Source of the DNA: Bdellovibrionales bacterium RIFOXYD12_FULL_39_22
Lineage (GTDB): Bacteria; Bdellovibrionota; Bacteriovoracia; Bacteriovoracales; Bacteriovoracaceae
Direction: 5' to 3'
Assembly: GCA_001770205.1 (NCBI GenBank)
Contig: MEQL01000025.1
Coordinates: forward strand, 62,001-120,452
Length of the DNA: 58,452 nt
The notes beneath the pieces are model-generated. The model was given only the letters and a program-made list of their open reading frames with translations. It was not told where the DNA came from and ran no database searches. Positions 19,305-27,650 of this stretch are shown piece by piece. The number at the start of each line of letters is the position of its first letter. Position 1 is the stretch's first letter. The position numbers were made by a program, and so were the translations under genes.

Positions 19305-20849
19305 TTACTTCTCCTCTGGCCCATTGTTAATTTGAGTGGCCATAATCTTAATCTCTGCCACTAAAAGCAGAGTAAACAAAAATAGAAAAATAAAAAAAGT
19401 AGTCTGCACGGCCGTCGTTGAGACATTGGAAGTGGCCACACTCACCGGCAACAATCCTTGTATGGCCCAGGGTTGCCGGCCTACTTCTGCTAACACCCAA
19501 CCGGCCTGCGAAGCAACATATCCCAGTGGCACCGATAACACCGCCAACTTAAGCAACCAAGAAGGATAGTGCTTATTTTTTTTCACATCAAAAAAAAGTA
19601 TCAGCGCAAAAAAAAGAGGAAAGAAAGAACCAAGAACCACCATCAGATGAAAAGAATAAAATGTAATCGCGATGGGCGGAACTGCCTCTGCCGGATTTTT
19701 TAAATATCCATATCCCAAACTATCTTGTACCTCATAAAACGCATCTTTCGAAGAATTGGCCACACTTTCATTACCTGTTTTTTTTGCTTCTTTGTAGTTA
19801 CGCAATAATTCTATGGCCATCTTTCCTTTTTCCATTCTCTCTTGCACTCCTACAATATTTTGCACAGAATTCCCAAATACCAAATCATTAATACCTGGAA
19901 CAAAGGAGTTAATATCGCGATTAGAAAGCAGTGATAGAGCACCAGGAATCTTCACCTCAAACCAAAAAGGATCTTGGCCATCGCCTGGTTGTTTATCCCC
20001 ATTTATTATTCCGGCTGCCACTAACGGCGCACGTGTTTGTCCATCAAATAATCCTTCCATTACCGCTAATTTCATTGGCTGTTTTTGTGCCACTAGATAG
20101 GCCGACTCATCGCCAGTAAAAGCAACATAAAGTGAAGCTAGAAGGCCAAAAATGGCGGCCACCATGATACTTCTTTGGGCCAGTAGCACATGACGAGATT
20201 TTAACAAATACCACGCAGAAATTCCTATTACAAAAAGAGAGGCCAATACGAAACTAGAGCTAGTGGTATGGGTAAATTTGCTTATGGCCATCGGTGAAAA
20301 AAGTACTTCCCAAAAATTTTCCATCTCAAAGCGAGCACTATCCGGATTAAATTTCATTCCAATAGGGAATTGCATCCAGCCATTGGCCACTAATATCCAC
20401 AGGGCCGATAAGTTAGAACCAATCGCTACCATCCAGGTAGAAAAAAGATGAAATCTTTTAGAGACCCGATCCCACCCAAAAAACATTACCGCAAAAAAAG
20501 TTGCTTCAATAAAAAAAGCAAAAATGCCTTCGGCGGCCAGTGGCGCTCCAAAAATATCTCCCACCATCCATGAATAATTCGACCAATTAGTTCCAAACTC
20601 AAACTCTAAAATAATACCGGTGGCAATTCCTATGGCGAAATTAACTCCAAAAAGGGCCATCCAAAATTTGGTAATGTTCTTCCACTCTTCATTGCCTGTA
20701 CGCAGATAAATACTTTCAAAAAAAGCAATCAAGAAAGAGAGACCCAAGGTAAGAGGAACAAAAATCCAATGATACATGGCCGTGAGTGCAAATTGCGCTC
20801 TAGACCAATTGACCTGTGATAAATCTACATCAACCATTGAGACCTCCAT
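19305..20849 (-). CDS. cydA: Cytochrome bd ubiquinol oxidase subunit I
   Basis: 'SRAQFALTAMYHWIFVP', 'EFEFGTNWSNYS', 'QPMKLA.MEG', 'EVGRQPW'. Confidence 0.97.
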   Translation of the reverse strand: MEVSMVDVDLSQVNWSRAQFALTAMYHWIFVPLTLGLSFLIAFFESIYLRTGNEEWKNITKFWMALFGVNFAIGIATGIILEFEFGTNWSNYSWMVGDIFGAPLAAEGIFAFFIEATFFAVMFFGWDRVSKRFHLFSTWMVAIGSNLSALWILVANGWMQFPIGMKFNPDSARFEMENFWEVLFSPMAISKFTHTTSSSFVLASLFVIGISAWYLLKSRHVLLAQRSIMVAAIFGLLASLYVAFTGDESAYLVAQKQPMKLAVMEGLFDGQTRAPLVAAGIINGDKQPGDGQDPFWFEVKIPGALSLLSNRDINSFVPGINDLVFGNSVQNIVGVQERMEKGKMAIELLRNYKEAKKTGNESVANSSKDAFYEVQDSLGYGYLKNPAEAVPPIAITFYSFHLMVVLGSFFPLFFALILFFDVKKNKHYPSWLLKLAVLSVPLGYVASQAGWVLAEVGRQPWAIQGLLPVSVATSNVSTTAVQTTFFIFLFLFTLLLVAEIKIMATQINNGPEEK

Positions 20850-21076
20850 TAATAATTAGATAGAGAATCGGCCCGCGTAAGATTATCCATTACGTGAAGC
20901 GCTCGTTCCTGATCGTTTGAAAAATTGGACGTTAAATAATTAGGAAAAAAGAAAAATTTTAAAATGGCAAACATCACAAAAAGTTTTAATAAAATAATCA
21001 CCCACAGCTTTCGCCCCACCTTCATTGTACGAAAACCGTCGATATAAAAAGTAATTACTTTTAAAACTATGGCCAT
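20849..21076 (-). CDS. DUF4492-family small membrane protein of the cyd operon
   Basis: 'FYIDGFRTMKVGRKLWVIILLKLFVMFAILKFFFFP', position directly upstream of cydA. Confidence 0.85.
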   Translation of the reverse strand: MAIVLKVITFYIDGFRTMKVGRKLWVIILLKLFVMFAILKFFFFPNYLTSNFSNDQERALHVMDNLTRADSLSNY

Positions 21077-21092
21077 GTAACAATCACTATCT

Positions 21093-21122
21093 TTATTGTT
21101 ATTGTTATTGTTATTGTTATTG
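21093..21122. repeat. Hexamer microsatellite (TTATTG)5
   Basis: Five perfect tandem copies, starting 16 nt upstream of the DUF4492/cyd operon start. Confidence 0.9.
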
Positions 21123-21150
21123 TTACTAAATTGCTAGTGATAGTAACAAT
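21119..21150. promoter_or_regulatory. Perfect inverted repeat, possible operator of the cyd operon
   Basis: ATTGTTACTA-N12-TAGTAACAAT. Confidence 0.4.
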
Positions 21151-21220
21151 CGGTAATAGTTAGAAGGATCACCAAGTTTTAAATTGTTGTCAACTGTAAA
21201 TAGTTTTAGTCAAAGAACAC

Positions 21221-21931
21221 TCACCATTCAAGTGTCGTAGAAGTTGTATAGTTACTATACTGGGCAACTTTGTTACGTAGACAAATTTCAATATTCGACA
21301 ATCCACGATGTCGCTCTATATCTGCCGGCGCAATCGAACGATGTGGATTTTCTGGCCGCGGGTGAATATTTCGCCAAAAGGGTTGAGTGTAATCAATTTC
21401 TTCAAACTTGAAGATCTCTTCCATCGTGCGATTAATTTCTTGATGGGCCCGATTAAAAGAAAAGCCGATTAGTCCACTACAGTAGTGGCCCACCTCATTT
21501 CCACAAAAAGATCCATCAAATGGCAAGTTTAATTTTATCTGTTCTTCTGCTATCTCTGCGGCTCGGGCGGCCACTTCTTCATATGGATAACGTTTAATTT
21601 CAAAAAGATCGTACAAATAAGATAATTTGCCTAACGAGGTTTTAACTACACCATCAGATCTGGAAGCTTCAATAATGTACGCTGTTCCATTTTCAATTTT
21701 TATGATTCCTGAGTGATAAAACTTAGACCCAGTGGCCGTTCCAATCTCACTACCTACAACATTTTGATTGCCCAGTAAGATTATATCGCCAGTCTGTAAA
21801 TTGCTTGGATCTATAGTATATTTTCGAGGATTAACGACGGTTGCACCATTTAATAGTGTTACAAAAAAGAAAACTATTAGAATCCAAATCAACGCAAAAC
21901 TAAAAAATCTCCGCAAAATCTTACCTGCCAT
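21221..21931 (-). CDS. Permuted papain-like amidase (YiiX/YaeF, C92 family), exported
   Basis: 'LQTGDIIL', 'FYHSGII...IIEA', 'HYCSGLI', 'IAPADI'; N-terminal hydrophobic segment; probable start ATG 21931. Confidence 0.8.
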   Translation of the reverse strand: MAGKILRRFFSFALIWILIVFFFVTLLNGATVVNPRKYTIDPSNLQTGDIILLGNQNVVGSEIGTATGSKFYHSGIIKIENGTAYIIEASRSDGVVKTSLGKLSYLYDLFEIKRYPYEEVAARAAEIAEEQIKLNLPFDGSFCGNEVGHYCSGLIGFSFNRAHQEINRTMEEIFKFEEIDYTQPFWRNIHPRPENPHRSIAPADIERHRGLSNIEICLRNKVAQYSNYTTSTTLEW

Positions 21932-22201
21932 ATATGCTCTACATATCGAGCTACGCTCAAAATTACTTAACAAAAATTATATCAATTCCTAATTTGTTCG
22001 ATGAAAAACATTTACCGTCATAATAGATAAATATTCTCAAATTATCTTTAAATTTTATTTGATTGATCCCTAAAATAGGGGTACACTTCCTCAACAAACA
22101 AATTTAGTAAGAATAGTTTTACGCTCTCAATGTTTTTTGATGGCCCAAGTTACTGGACACATTAGGCTGCAAGTAAAGCATAGCAAAATGGAGGTCTTCT
22201 C

Positions 22202-23083
22202 ATGAGCACGAGTCGTAGGGATTTTATCAAAATTTTGGCCACTCTTCCTTTGGCATCTTCCTCGTTTGCCAGCGATGGCCATTCAGAGAAAAATGGCGAT
22301 CTAGCTTCCAATGGCACCAGCTATAGCGTTCTTATGGATTCCACTTTGTGTGTGGGATGTCGAAAATGCGAGTGGGCCTGCAACGATAAAAATCACCTAC
22401 CCAATAAAGATATTAGTACCTTTGAAGACACTAGCGTTTTTGCATTCCGTCGCCGGCCAGAGGTAGATAAATTTACTGTTGTTAATAAAATTCAATCTCT
22501 AAAAGAACAACAGACTATCAAGATTCAATGTATGCACTGTCTACACCCGGCCTGTGCTTCCGCCTGTATTGTCGGAGCGCTCAAAAAGCAAGAGTGTGGG
22601 GCCGTTACATATGATGCCGACAAATGCATTGGCTGTCGTTATTGTATGGTGGCATGCCCTTTTCAAATCCCGGCGTATGAATATAAAAACGTTCTTACCC
22701 CCAAAGTGCAAAAATGCAGTTTTTGTGTGGATAAATTGGAAAAAGGAGAAAAGCCGGCCTGTGTTGAAATGTGCCCCAACGAGGCCATGACTTTTGGTAC
22801 CAGGGCCGAGCTAATTGAAGTGGCCAATTCGCGCATGCATCAACACCCTGAAAAATATTTCCACCACATCTACGGAGAATATGAGGCGGGAGGAACCTCC
22901 TGGCTTTATTTATCGCAAATTGATTTGCGTGGTAGCGAATTCCCGCAACTTTCTAGCGATCCAATCCCTAAACTCACGGAGACCATTCAGCATGGTATTT
23001 TTAAAAATTTTGTTCCACCACTGGCACTTTTTACTCTGTTAGGAGTCGCTATGCACTCTCTTAAGGACAAGGATAGGGATTAA
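22202..23083 (+). CDS. Tat-exported 4x[4Fe-4S] ferredoxin subunit (HybA/HmcB/NrfC family)
   Basis: GGAGG RBS; Tat motif SRRDFIK; CVGCRKCEWAC, CMHCLHPACASAC, CIGCRYCMVACP, KCSFC...PACVEMCP; C-terminal TM anchor. Confidence 0.9.
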   Translation: MSTSRRDFIKILATLPLASSSFASDGHSEKNGDLASNGTSYSVLMDSTLCVGCRKCEWACNDKNHLPNKDISTFEDTSVFAFRRRPEVDKFTVVNKIQSLKEQQTIKIQCMHCLHPACASACIVGALKKQECGAVTYDADKCIGCRYCMVACPFQIPAYEYKNVLTPKVQKCSFCVDKLEKGEKPACVEMCPNEAMTFGTRAELIEVANSRMHQHPEKYFHHIYGEYEAGGTSWLYLSQIDLRGSEFPQLSSDPIPKLTETIQHGIFKNFVPPLALFTLLGVAMHSLKDKDRD

Positions 23084-23085
23084 AT

Positions 23086-24273
23086 ATGAAAGCAAGGCCA
23101 CTTAATATACCTTTTTTTACACCTGGAGTTTGGATAGTATTCTCACTAGCATTAATTGGTGCTAGTGCCTACCTGTATAGAATGTTTTTTGGCCTAGCGG
23201 AAGCTACAAACCTGACGAATAGCTACCCATGGGGTATTTGGATCGCCATTGATGTTGCTTCTGGAGTGGCGTTGGCCGCTGGCGGCTTCACTTCTGCAGC
23301 ACTGGCCGAAATTTTTCATCGCGAAAAATACCATGTTATTCTTAGGCCAGCACTACTAACGGCCATGCTCGGTTACACCTTTGTTGTTATTGGATTACTT
23401 GCTGATTTAGGGAGATACTACAACGTGTGGCATCCGATGATCCCGACAATGTGGCAGGGAAATTCTGTTTTATTTGAAGTCGGTTTGTGCGTAATGGCAT
23501 ATTTAAATGTCCTATATAGCGAGTTTGCCCCTATAGTAGTTGACAGATTTAAAGGGAAAGTAACTTTTAAAAACGAGTACCTCCGACAAAAAACTGAAGG
23601 CCTTCTCACCTTTCTAGATAAATTTTTTCGCAAGATTCTCTGGGTGTTGATTATTGCTGGTGTGGTTCTTTCCTGTTTACATCAATCATCGCTTGGAACC
23701 CTGATGTTAATTGCTCCAACCAAAATTCATCCTCTTTGGTACACTCCTATTTCTCCACTGCTTTTTTGGCTATCGGCGGTTGCTGTTGGTTACCCCATGG
23801 TTATCTTTGAATCTTTATTGGCATCAAAATCATTTGGCATAAAACCGGAGACCCATGTTCTCTCTTCCCTGGCAAAAATTATCCCTTTTACGGTGGGTTT
23901 TTATTTTGCCGCCAAAGTGATTGATATAACCATTCGAGAGGCCTGGCCATTTGTCGGAGAAGGAAGTCTTCAGTCCTATATGTTTATTTTCGAAATGGCC
24001 CTTTTTGCAATCCCTCTAATCCTTCTTACTCAAGAAAAAATACGACAGTCAGTTCGCGGGCTTTTTATTTCCAGCGCACTAGTAGTTAGTGGTGTCGTTA
24101 TAAATCGTATCAATGTTTTTTTAATCGCCTACCATCCGCCATATACTGAAGAAATTTATCTCCCCTCCATTTATGAGATTGCCGTCACAGTTGGACTCAT
24201 CTGTGCATTAGTTTTGGTATATCGTTTTCTAACTATTAATTTACCTATCGTTACAATCGAGGATGGTGAATGA
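23086..24273 (+). CDS. NrfD/HybB/HmcC-family integral membrane quinone-interacting subunit
   Basis: 'YPWGIWIAIDVASGVALAAGGF', 'DLGRY', 'SVLFEVGLC', 'LHQSSLG', 'HPLWY'. Confidence 0.92.
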   Translation: MKARPLNIPFFTPGVWIVFSLALIGASAYLYRMFFGLAEATNLTNSYPWGIWIAIDVASGVALAAGGFTSAALAEIFHREKYHVILRPALLTAMLGYTFVVIGLLADLGRYYNVWHPMIPTMWQGNSVLFEVGLCVMAYLNVLYSEFAPIVVDRFKGKVTFKNEYLRQKTEGLLTFLDKFFRKILWVLIIAGVVLSCLHQSSLGTLMLIAPTKIHPLWYTPISPLLFWLSAVAVGYPMVIFESLLASKSFGIKPETHVLSSLAKIIPFTVGFYFAAKVIDITIREAWPFVGEGSLQSYMFIFEMALFAIPLILLTQEKIRQSVRGLFISSALVVSGVVINRINVFLIAYHPPYTEEIYLPSIYEIAVTVGLICALVLVYRFLTINLPIVTIEDGE

Positions 24274-25364
24274 AAAAAATTATTTTTGCACTAAGCTTCA
24301 TATCCATACAAGCATATATCTATGCTTTCGTTGACAACAGCAATCCAACAAATTGTAAAGAGTGCCACACTTGCGATAAACCCTCAACTCAAGCACTCTG
24401 TCTGCATCCGTGCCCCAGACATGAAACAACTAATAGTAACAAGCATAATCTTTCGGAAGGGCCGGGAATTGTTTTCTTTAAAGACATCGCCGAACACTTT
24501 ACTCCTGTTAAATTTGACCATCGCGCTCACGCTGATATGTCCTCTTTAGGGGTGGAAAAATGTAATTTTTGCCACCACTTCACGCCACCAGGAAAAATCC
24601 AACCCTGTCGCGATTGTCATACCAAAAACAGCGAAGACCTAAAGCGGCCTGGCCTCAAGGGAGCTTACCATCGTCAATGCTTGGGATGTCATCGAGAATG
24701 GAGTCATGATAATAAGTGTTTTTCCTGTCACGAAAATACCGACAAAAAAACTCCCGTTGATCCTTCTGATAAATCAGATATTATTGCTAATGCTCACCCA
24801 AAAATCCAATCACCACAGACGTTGGTATATAAGACCCCTTATCGCAAAGCACCGATTGTAACTTTTCACCATGGCCAGCATATAAAAAGCTTTGGACTGC
24901 AATGTGTTAATTGCCACGAAAAATTTACCTGTGGTAATTGTCATGATTCTGATCCAAATAAAAAGAAGAAACGCACCATGCAGCAAGTTCATCAAAGTTG
25001 CGACAAATGCCATCGCGCCGATAACTGCAGTAAATGTCATTCGCTTAAAGAAATGGCGCCTTTTAACCATGCAGATAAGGGATGGAAACTAAATTATCCG
25101 CACAGTAAACTCGCCTGCAAAGAGTGTCACAAAACACCTGAAGAGAAGCCGAAAAAAGAGTGTAAATTTTGTCATAAAACAGAATGGACTCGTCAAAATT
25201 TCAACCACAATTCCACTGGCCTTAAAATAGATGCCGCTCATAGTATGTTTGAATGCAGCTACTGTCATAGCGAGAACAATACCTTTAAAGTATTTTGCAA
25301 CAAATGTCACTTTGATGGCCGAGACCCTAAGAAAAAACCGGTCGGTGAATATTTAACCCTTTAA
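24270..25364 (+). CDS. Periplasmic multiheme cytochrome c (cytochrome c3/HmcA-like), 13 CxxCH
   Basis: Signal peptide; 13 CxxCH motifs counted; c3-type 'VKFDHRAH' and 'VTFHHGQH' distal His motifs. Confidence 0.9.
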   Translation: MKKIIFALSFISIQAYIYAFVDNSNPTNCKECHTCDKPSTQALCLHPCPRHETTNSNKHNLSEGPGIVFFKDIAEHFTPVKFDHRAHADMSSLGVEKCNFCHHFTPPGKIQPCRDCHTKNSEDLKRPGLKGAYHRQCLGCHREWSHDNKCFSCHENTDKKTPVDPSDKSDIIANAHPKIQSPQTLVYKTPYRKAPIVTFHHGQHIKSFGLQCVNCHEKFTCGNCHDSDPNKKKKRTMQQVHQSCDKCHRADNCSKCHSLKEMAPFNHADKGWKLNYPHSKLACKECHKTPEEKPKKECKFCHKTEWTRQNFNHNSTGLKIDAAHSMFECSYCHSENNTFKVFCNKCHFDGRDPKKKPVGEYLTL

Positions 25365-25379
25365 CCCCATTGAGCACTT

Positions 25380-26048
25380 ATGATTATCCACCTATTGTTT
25401 TTTAAACTTTTATTGATTTGTGTTACCTCTGAAATATCCGCTAAAAACGGCCTTGCAAATGATATTAAAACCCATCACCCTATAAATATCATTATTCAAA
25501 GCAAAAGCGATCTCCCACTAGAAAATGGAAAAATGACATGCAAAACCTGCCATTCTCATTTTGTAGATTCTAAATTACCTGGAAAAAAAGGTCTTGGGGC
25601 AGGAGAACACCTGCAAAAAGAATACTCCGCACTATGCCAATGTTGTCACCCCGAAAAAACCGTTCGGGCCTTTAGTCACATTAGTGATTTAAATAAATTT
25701 AACAAAAATTCCAAAGAACCTGTTACCTGTAACAATTGCCACTCCATGCATTTTTCCGACAAGAAGTTAATCGTGCTTCATGGGGCCAATCTCTGTTTGA
25801 GTTGTCATGAGAAACAAAAAAAGCTTCCACACAAGGCCCCTATTATCATTCAAGGAAGCAAAGAAATTTATCTCAACGGTGACCATTTAACCTGCCAAAC
25901 CTGCCATCGAACTCATGGTAGGAGTTTGTCCAAACATTTCTTGGCCGATGAAACTAATCCCATTGTAGATTTTTGCGCTTCCTGCCATGGCAAATCAGCA
26001 CTAGAACTTTATAAATCTTATCACTCCATCTTGCTCAAAAAAAAATAA
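25380..26048 (+). CDS. Multiheme cytochrome c, 6 CxxCH (paired-CXXCH type)
   Basis: CKTCH, CQCCH, CNNCH, CLSCH, CQTCH, CASCH; signal peptide. Confidence 0.85.
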   Translation: MIIHLLFFKLLLICVTSEISAKNGLANDIKTHHPINIIIQSKSDLPLENGKMTCKTCHSHFVDSKLPGKKGLGAGEHLQKEYSALCQCCHPEKTVRAFSHISDLNKFNKNSKEPVTCNNCHSMHFSDKKLIVLHGANLCLSCHEKQKKLPHKAPIIIQGSKEIYLNGDHLTCQTCHRTHGRSLSKHFLADETNPIVDFCASCHGKSALELYKSYHSILLKKK

Positions 26049-26052
26049 TAGT

Positions 26053-26087
26053 TAAGAAGTAAAGGAATGGCGTACCTTTACTTCTTA
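26053..26087. terminator. Stem-loop between convergent genes
   Basis: TAAGAAGTAAAGG-N9-CCTTTACTTCTTA, perfect 13-bp stem. Confidence 0.7.
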
Positions 26088-26098
26088 CTATTGACTCG

Positions 26099-27208
26099 TT
26101 ACTTTAATTCGACTAATACTTCCTGCAGTCGAACATCGCTGACAAAAGACCGATTGTTTGATGATATAGTCTCATTGTGCATAATAATTCTCTGAATGTT
26201 TTGCCTTCTCCAACACCAATCAGGGTGTGAAATATCGTCTGAAAGCGAAACATCTCTCAATGACATACCAATTTTATAACTCTTACAATTTATGTTAAAA
26301 AACATCTTCTCAAATATTCCATTATTAAACGTAAAAACAAAATATTTTTTAGGATTAAAACCCGCGTTACTGGCCAGAAAAAGGCCTTGCTCATCGGCCT
26401 GAATCTCTGTAAATGCTAAAAATCGATTCTGTCCATGTCTCTGATCGTAGCTCTTTATTATTCTGCGCTCAAGCTTGTACATATTATCTCTACCAAGAAG
26501 GAAGTGCTCCCCATTAGTTTCATAATCGGAAAAATCTATTTGTGAGAGATCATCCAAAATGACCTCTTTCTCCTCATTCGTCAAAATCGAAGTTTTAGAT
26601 AGCGCATCAGAATCTATTCTTGGATAAAGCCACCTAGAAAAAAAATCATCTTCCTTTAGCTTTTTAAACACCCAAAATGACTCCAGCTGTTTATTTGTGG
26701 ACAATATGTCAATAAAACTATCTAACTTTAGTCGATACGCGGCAGTTATTTTTCGATTTTGTTCATACTCATCTATTAACACTTTTTCACTTTCATTAAC
26801 GCCCTCTATACTATACATCGAATTGCCATGATCATGTGCGATATGAACCATCTCATGCGCTAAAGTTCCTGCGACAGTAGAAATATCTCGGATATCTTCT
26901 CTGAGTAACTCAGGCCCATAATAAATAATCCCTTTTGTTTCAGGATTATTAATAACATATGCTGTTTTAATTTTATCGTCGGAGATTTTGATGCATAGAT
27001 CATTTTTCTCAATTTCACGATCTTTAAAGAAAAATTCATTTTCATCGTAAATATGATCAACGATTTTTTTCAGCAGTGCCGCGGTTAAAACATAGTTCTT
27101 ATTATCGATCATTTTGCATGGGTATATTTTCTCAACTGGTATCTGTCCTATTGCATTCAATCTTACTGCGCTAAAAATAAAAAAAATCATTAAAAATCTG
27201 AAGAACAC
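26099..27208 (-). CDS. Secreted M48-like Zn metallopeptidase
   Basis: GTG with GGAGGG RBS; 'GTLAHEMVH', 'EIQADEQG...AGFNP', 'SHP...R'. Confidence 0.75.
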   Translation of the reverse strand: MFFRFLMIFFIFSAVRLNAIGQIPVEKIYPCKMIDNKNYVLTAALLKKIVDHIYDENEFFFKDREIEKNDLCIKISDDKIKTAYVINNPETKGIIYYGPELLREDIRDISTVAGTLAHEMVHIAHDHGNSMYSIEGVNESEKVLIDEYEQNRKITAAYRLKLDSFIDILSTNKQLESFWVFKKLKEDDFFSRWLYPRIDSDALSKTSILTNEEKEVILDDLSQIDFSDYETNGEHFLLGRDNMYKLERRIIKSYDQRHGQNRFLAFTEIQADEQGLFLASNAGFNPKKYFVFTFNNGIFEKMFFNINCKSYKIGMSLRDVSLSDDISHPDWCWRRQNIQRIIMHNETISSNNRSFVSDVRLQEVLVELK

Positions 27209-27650
27209 TGCTTTGTTCCCTCCCCTAATAACTATATTTAAATTGTCTCATAAAAATACACTAGCAAAAAACTGCTTCCAATCATACATTCGGCGTCAAA
27301 ATTACACATAATTTCATACCTCTGTAAAAAAATTTAACAACAGTTTTGGACTTTCTAAAAGATGTGGGTAATTGAAAGGAGTTTAACAAGAAGTGCCCTA
27401 TAAAATGGGCAAACGCATTAAAAATTTAATAATCACGCCTATAAACATAACCTATTGTTTCTATTCCCGCTAATAGGAATACATAATTTTGCTAACTAAT
27501 TTCCAAGACATATCTGACAATCATAGCGCTATAGAAGTTATTTACTTTTTATAGGCAAACTAGGCATTGTAAACAATGTTATATGATATAATATTTTCTA
27601 CATCGAAAATCGTACGCCGGCCCTTCTTAGCGATGGCCGAAGGTGATTTT

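Noticed and set aside
22202..24273. Calling the FeS/NrfD genes hydrogenase-2 (hybAB)
   Set aside because: No NiFe large/small subunit or maturation genes are present; the context is multiheme cytochromes.
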